From assembly GCA_903918315.1 (NCBI GenBank), contig CAIXEA010000029.1:22777-86776 (forward strand): 64,000 bases of DNA, in the 5' to 3' direction. The notes under the pieces are model-generated. The model saw only the letters and a list, made by a program, of their open reading frames with translations. It was not told the DNA's origin and made no database searches. Numbering within the stretch: position 1 is the first letter of the stretch; every line of letters begins with the position of its first letter. Shown here in pieces: positions 59,265-64,000 of the stretch. This DNA comes from an uncultured Acetobacteraceae bacterium. Lineage in GTDB: Bacteria; Pseudomonadota; Alphaproteobacteria; Acetobacterales; Acetobacteraceae. A program made the position numbers and the translations under genes.

Positions 59265-59672
59265 ATGCGCATTGTCTGTCCCGCCTGCTCCGCCCGGTAT
59301 GAGGTCAAGGAAGCGCTGCTCATTCCAGGCCGGAAAACGCGATGCGCACGCTGCGCCGCCGAATGGGTACCGTTGCGGGTGGATCCACCGGCGCCGGCCA
59401 AGCCGGAGGAACCGGCGGACCCGGATGCGCCACCGTTGGGCATGACCTCATTGGCTGGCCTGTCCGCGATGGACCGCCTGGGCGCGCATCCCTACCGTCC
59501 CATGCCGTCCATGGCACTTCGTCTCGCTTGGGTGACCACAGCCATGGTCGTGCCGCTTCTGGTGGGTTGCTTCTTCGGCTACCGGGAGGCGGTGATGGAA
59601 GCCTGGCCCGCCAGCGCCCGCCTTTATTCTGCATTTGGGCTTGTCCAGACTGACAATTCGTCTCGTCGATGA
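59265..59672 (+). CDS. Zinc-ribbon (MJ0042-type) membrane protein, ZitP-like, short
   Basis: CPACSARY...RCARCAAEW, Pro-rich linker, one TM, WPASARLY; divergent from ftsE. Confidence 0.85.
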   Translation: MRIVCPACSARYEVKEALLIPGRKTRCARCAAEWVPLRVDPPAPAKPEEPADPDAPPLGMTSLAGLSAMDRLGAHPYRPMPSMALRLAWVTTAMVVPLLVGCFFGYREAVMEAWPASARLYSAFGLVQTDNSSRR

Positions 59673-59720
59673 CGCCCAAGACCAAACGCGTCGGTGACGA
59701 GATAAACCAGGGGAAACATC

Positions 59721-61655
59721 ATGCCGGACAACCGGGGCAGCGTGCTACGGATCGAGATCACTGAACGGCTCAGCCCGGTCTTTGGCGGCACCGTGTTCGG
59801 CGATGTCGGCGCCTATGAGTGTCTCAGCGGCACGGTCTACGGCGCGCTCGACCCCGCGCATTCGCACAATCGCGACATCGTCAACCTCGACAAAGCGCCC
59901 CGCGACGCGAATGGCCTGGTGGCATATGAATCCGCGTTCTCGCTGATCAAGCCGATCGACGTCAGCAAGGGCAATGGCTGGCTGATGTATGACGTGCCGA
60001 ATCGCGGCAACAAGGTCGCGCTGACACGGCTGAACCTGGGCGCGGACGGCAACCGCCCGGTCACGGCGGAGCACGCCGGCAACGGCTTCCTGATGCGCAA
60101 CGGCTTCTCCGTCGTCTGGAGCGCCTGGCAAACCGGCGTTCCCGCGGGAGCCGATCGGCTGGATGCGCGGTTTCCCGTGGCGGTGGGGGCGGAGGGGCCG
60201 ATCACCGGGGTCAACCGGGATGAGTTCATCGCGGAGGAAACCGGCGGGCCGGGCGATGCGTTCATTCAGGTCGTCTCGGCCGAGCGGTTCATCGCCAAAT
60301 TGTCTTATCCGGTCGCGGATCAGGATCCGGCGAAGGCAAGCCTGACCGTGCGGCAGAGGGAGAGAGATCCGCGGGCGACGCCACCGGGCCTGGCCTGGCG
60401 CTACATCGACGACCGCCATATCGAGGTCACCCGGCCCAGCGGCGGGTTCGACCTCGGCTCGATCTATGAGTTCGTCTATCCCGCCCGCGATCCCGCGGTG
60501 ATGGGGATCGGGTTCGCGGCCATCCGCGATCTGGTGGCGTTTCTGCGCCATGACGGGCCGGATAATCCGCTCGGCGGGTCGATCCGGCACACGGTTGGGT
60601 TCGGCATTTCCCAGTCCGGGCGAGTGCTGCGGGACTTCGTCCATTTGGGGTTCAACATGGCGGCCGATGGCGGGCGCGTGTTCGATGCGATTTTCCCGAT
60701 CGTGGGCGGGTCGCGGCGGACCTACATCAACTACGCCTTTGCCCAGCCGGGCCGCTATGCGCGCCAGCACGAGGATCACTCATTCCTCGATGACCAGTTC
60801 CCGTTCACCTATAGCACGCTGCATGACCCGATCAGTGGCAAGACCGATGGCATTCTGCGCCGCGCGGAAGCGGATGGGGTGGTGCCGAAGGTGATCCATC
60901 TGGATACCGACTCCGACCTTTGGGTGGGGCGGGCATCGCTGGTGGCGACGGATACCCGCGGCACGGATGTGGCGATGCCCGACACTGTGCGCATCTTCAT
61001 GGCGTCTGGCATCCAGCACGCGGTGCACAAGCCACCGGTGAAGGTGGTGACGGAACTGCCGGGCAACCCGCTCGGCTACAGTTCATACATGCGGGCGCTG
61101 CTGCTGGCACTGACCGACTGGGTCGAGCACGGTACACCACCGCCGGACAGCCAGTTCCCCTCCGTCGCCGCGGGCACGCTGGTGACGCGGGAGGCGGCCG
61201 AGGCCGGGTTTCCGGCAATACCCGGCGTCACCTTCCCCGATGTGCTGAATGGGCTGACGCTGCGCGACCATTCGGTGGAACCCCCGATTGAGGGCGCGCC
61301 CTATCCGGTCCTGATCTCCGCGGTGGATGCGGATGGCAACAGCCTGGGCGGATTGCGCCACCCACTGTTGACGGCACCGGTCGCGACACATACCGGCTGG
61401 GCGGTGCGGATCGCGGGTTACGCGGCGGGGGATCTGTTCACGATCCAGGGCTCATGCGCGCCCTTCCCGGCCACACCGGACGCAAACGACCCGCGCCCGT
61501 CCCTTGCCGAACGATATGGAACCCGGGAGGCCTGGGCCGCACAGGTCATCGCCGCGACTGAGGGCCTGGTAGCCGATCGGCTGCTGCTGCGGGAGGACGC
61601 GGATCGCCTGATCGCCGTGGTTGGGGAGACGTGGGACGCGGTGGCGGTGCTGTAG
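59721..61655 (+). CDS. Large alpha/beta-hydrolase domain protein
   Basis: YDVPNRGNK, GFGISQSGRVLR nucleophile elbow, DADGN and LLLREDA motifs. Confidence 0.85.
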   Translation: MPDNRGSVLRIEITERLSPVFGGTVFGDVGAYECLSGTVYGALDPAHSHNRDIVNLDKAPRDANGLVAYESAFSLIKPIDVSKGNGWLMYDVPNRGNKVALTRLNLGADGNRPVTAEHAGNGFLMRNGFSVVWSAWQTGVPAGADRLDARFPVAVGAEGPITGVNRDEFIAEETGGPGDAFIQVVSAERFIAKLSYPVADQDPAKASLTVRQRERDPRATPPGLAWRYIDDRHIEVTRPSGGFDLGSIYEFVYPARDPAVMGIGFAAIRDLVAFLRHDGPDNPLGGSIRHTVGFGISQSGRVLRDFVHLGFNMAADGGRVFDAIFPIVGGSRRTYINYAFAQPGRYARQHEDHSFLDDQFPFTYSTLHDPISGKTDGILRRAEADGVVPKVIHLDTDSDLWVGRASLVATDTRGTDVAMPDTVRIFMASGIQHAVHKPPVKVVTELPGNPLGYSSYMRALLLALTDWVEHGTPPPDSQFPSVAAGTLVTREAAEAGFPAIPGVTFPDVLNGLTLRDHSVEPPIEGAPYPVLISAVDADGNSLGGLRHPLLTAPVATHTGWAVRIAGYAAGDLFTIQGSCAPFPATPDANDPRPSLAERYGTREAWAAQVIAATEGLVADRLLLREDADRLIAVVGETWDAVAVL

Positions 61656-61678
61656 GGGAGGAGAAAGCGCCCCGGACT

Positions 61679-62842
61679 TCACCACCGAACGGGCAGGTTC
61701 AGCAAACCACGAAACGCCCAGCCACCGATACGGACCGGGACCGACGGGTCCAGCGCCATCCCCGGAAACCGCGCGAACAAAGCCGGCAGCGCCACATCCG
61801 CGATCATCGCGCGCGAGGCCCAGGCGCCCACGCAGTAGTGCGGGCCCGCCCCGAAGGCGATGCTTTTGGAGGCGTCACGGGCGGTATCGAACCGGTCGGG
61901 ATCGGCGAACACCGCCGCATCCCGATTGGCGGACCCAATCAGGAAGAAGACCCGGTCTTCCGGCGCCAGTTCGATCGGGCCGCGCCGCCAGGATTGCGCG
62001 ACCCGGCGCGGCATCATGCCGATGGGGGAAATCCAGCGGGCATATTCCTCGAACACCTGGAGCCAGGACACCGCGCCCGCCAGTACCGCATCGCGCTGAT
62101 CGGGATGCGTCAGCAGCGCCCAGACGCAGCCGGCGATGGCGTCACGGGGTTCGTTTTGTCCGCCGGAGATGGCCAGTTTGATGTTGGCACGGATGCTTGC
62201 CATCGGCGTGCCGGCGGCCCGCATCAGACCGAGCATGCTCCGATCCTCGGCTCCGCCGGGCTGCGTCAGGCGGTCATCGATCGCCGCGTCGATGGCAGCG
62301 GTAGCGGCATGGCAGCGGGTTTCGACCGCGGGATTGCCGGCGTAATTGGCGATACCGTCGATCATGGCCTGCGACCAGGCATCGAGATCCTGGGCACGGG
62401 CATTGGTCAGGCCGGTGATGTCTTTAAGGCACTCACCCGAGAAGGGCAGCGCGAAATCGCGCCACAGATCACAGGCACCCGACTGCGGCAGCGCATCCAG
62501 CAGCCGATGCGCGTGGGCCTGAAAGCGCGCGGTCCAGTGGTCCTTGACGGTACGGGGTGAGAGGCCAGGGAAGATGACCTTGCGTTCGGCGGCATGCGCG
62601 GCGCCGTCCTTGCGCATCATGTTGTGCCCCATCAGCCGCGTCATGAGGCCGCCGGGTTGGTCCGAGCTGAAGACCTCCGTCGCCTTCTCCGATGCCAAGA
62701 TGTCCTCATGGCGCGCCATCACGGTGCCGTTGAGTTGCGGGATGAAGGCAATAGGCGCGTGAGCGCGAAGGTGAGCAAGGGTCGGGTAAGGGTCGTCCCA
62801 GAAGGACTTGAGGTCGATATCGACCCGCGGTGCGGTGTTCAC
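61679..62842 (-). CDS. Cytochrome P450 with atypical I-helix
   Basis: FGAGPHYCVG heme motif, EYAR (ExxR), GSANRD; I-helix GGQNEPR; GTGA overlap with arsC. Confidence 0.95.
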   Translation of the reverse strand: MNTAPRVDIDLKSFWDDPYPTLAHLRAHAPIAFIPQLNGTVMARHEDILASEKATEVFSSDQPGGLMTRLMGHNMMRKDGAAHAAERKVIFPGLSPRTVKDHWTARFQAHAHRLLDALPQSGACDLWRDFALPFSGECLKDITGLTNARAQDLDAWSQAMIDGIANYAGNPAVETRCHAATAAIDAAIDDRLTQPGGAEDRSMLGLMRAAGTPMASIRANIKLAISGGQNEPRDAIAGCVWALLTHPDQRDAVLAGAVSWLQVFEEYARWISPIGMMPRRVAQSWRRGPIELAPEDRVFFLIGSANRDAAVFADPDRFDTARDASKSIAFGAGPHYCVGAWASRAMIADVALPALFARFPGMALDPSVPVRIGGWAFRGLLNLPVRW

Positions 62843-63204
62843 GTTAGCAGCGCTTCGACCCGCCCCGGCGGGCGGCACACCGCCGTACCTCGGGGCGAGA
62901 CGACGATGGGGCGCTCCATCAACACGGGATGCGCGGCCAGCGCGTCCAGAATCTGATCATCAGTTTTACCGGGGTCATCCAGGCCGAGTTCGCTGAACAG
63001 GCCGCCTTTGCGGCGCAGGATCTGGCGCGGGGTCAGGCCCATGGCCGTCAGCAACCCCTGCATCTCCGCCCGTGTCGGAGGGGTCTTGAGATATTCCACC
63101 ACAAGCGGCTTGGTCCCGGCATCGCGCAGCAGGCCCAACACCTTGCGCGACGTGGCGCAGGCCGGGTTATGGTAAATCGTGATCCCAGAGGGTTTTTCGG
63201 GCAT
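62839..63204 (-). CDS. arsC: Glutaredoxin-type arsenate reductase family
   Basis: YHNPACATSRK, VEYLKTPP, LMERPIVV and CRP motifs. Confidence 0.9.
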   Translation of the reverse strand: MPEKPSGITIYHNPACATSRKVLGLLRDAGTKPLVVEYLKTPPTRAEMQGLLTAMGLTPRQILRRKGGLFSELGLDDPGKTDDQILDALAAHPVLMERPIVVSPRGTAVCRPPGRVEALLT

Positions 63205-63296
63205 TGGCTCCCCACGATGGAATAAAGCGCGACGGTGGTGGATTGAACGTGCTTCATCTTCGTCCATCTACAAGCAACCACAAGAGGGACGAGTCC

Positions 63297-63908
63297 ATGT
63301 TCAAGCGCATTGCCAAAACCGTGCTGACCCTTGGCCTGACAGGACTGCTCACCGGGGCGGCTCTGGCGCAGACCACGCCGCCAACGCGTATTCGGGGCAC
63401 CATCGCCTCACTGAACGACCGCCTCCTGACGATCACCAGCCGCGACGGACAAACGCTGACCGTGACGCTGGCCGAGAATGTCACCGTCTCGGCGGTCAAA
63501 AAGATCGATCTCGCGACGGTCGGGGACGGTGCCTATATCGGCACCGCCAGCCGCACCGAAGCCGGCGGGCAACAGGCAATCGAAGTGCTGGTTTTCCCCG
63601 AGGCCATGCGCGGCACCGGCGAGGGCCATTTCGCCTGGGACCTGGAACCGGGCAGCATGATGACCAACGGCACGGTGAAAGCCGCCGCCGCCAAGGGCAC
63701 CGGGAAGGAACTCACGGTCGCCTATAAAGACAGCAGCCAAACCGTGACCGTCCCGGCCAATGCACCCGTGGTCACGCTGGCGCCGGCGGAAAAAGCCGAT
63801 CTGAAACCGGGTGCGCCGGTGTTCCTGTCAGCGATGAAGAATGCCGAGGGTCAGTTCACCGCCGCCCGTGTGACGGTGGGCAAGGATGGCGTCGCTCCGC
63901 CGATGTAG
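63297..63908 (+). CDS. Secreted beta-rich hypothetical protein (DUF5666-like)
   Basis: Signal peptide; PTRIRGTI, GEGHFAWDL.PGSMMTN and DLKPGA motifs. Confidence 0.85.
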   Translation: MFKRIAKTVLTLGLTGLLTGAALAQTTPPTRIRGTIASLNDRLLTITSRDGQTLTVTLAENVTVSAVKKIDLATVGDGAYIGTASRTEAGGQQAIEVLVFPEAMRGTGEGHFAWDLEPGSMMTNGTVKAAAAKGTGKELTVAYKDSSQTVTVPANAPVVTLAPAEKADLKPGAPVFLSAMKNAEGQFTAARVTVGKDGVAPPM

Positions 63909-63914
63909 CATCGC

Positions 63915-63956
63915 CCCCCGCTCCCGTTGCATGCTGCGCATAAACGGGAGCGGGGG
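63915..63956 (+). terminator. 14-bp perfect hairpin overlapping the next RBS
   Basis: CCCCCGCTCCCGTT / AACGGGAGCGGGGG. Confidence 0.6.
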
Positions 63957-63961
63957 AAGTC

Positions 63962-64000
63962 ATGCGCGTCACCTGGACAAATCTGACGATGGCACCGGAA
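63962..64000 (+). CDS. Start of an ORF truncated by the window edge
   Basis: GGGGGAAG RBS then ATG; MRVTWTNLTMAPE open to the end of the window. Confidence 0.4.
   Translation, partial: MRVTWTNLTMAPE

Noticed and set aside
62839-63204. Arsenic-resistance operon
   Set aside because: No arsR, arsB/acr3 or arsH nearby; only a stand-alone ArsC-family gene

Overview
A GC-rich alphaproteobacterial chromosomal window, most like Acetobacteraceae/Rhodospirillales (inferred from gene set and order). It is mostly core or semi-core genes: pyrD, monomeric icd, livHMGF, lolA, tsaE-amgK-murU-addB-addA-trxA, accD-folC, nfu-tsaB-rimI-fur-lnt-XRE, nth and ftsEX. I found no rRNA, tRNA, CRISPR array, integrase or transposase. 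Highlights: (1) A 2.5-kb phage-logic cassette at the left end, comprising an autocleavable S24 repressor (RogA-like family), a divergent LexA-boxed gene resembling Q-type antiterminators, a TAGGAA-palindrome-flanked sigma70 promoter giving an ~85-nt terminated RNA, then virion-like and T4-holin-like GAF genes. This is a candidate GTA or domesticated-phage control switch. (2) A DnaA-box-flanked AT-rich segment at ~56.1-56.2 kb, a candidate oriC. (3) Five copies of a 51-52-bp palindromic element, all at convergent gene junctions, with compensatory stem changes. (4) A shared 33-bp CtrA-type promoter linking a DUF2336 gene to an unannotated 82-aa ORF. (5) A doubly inactivated hybrid kinase. (6) A P450 with a non-canonical I-helix and no adjacent redox partner. 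Family assignments come from motif recognition only; no database searches were run.
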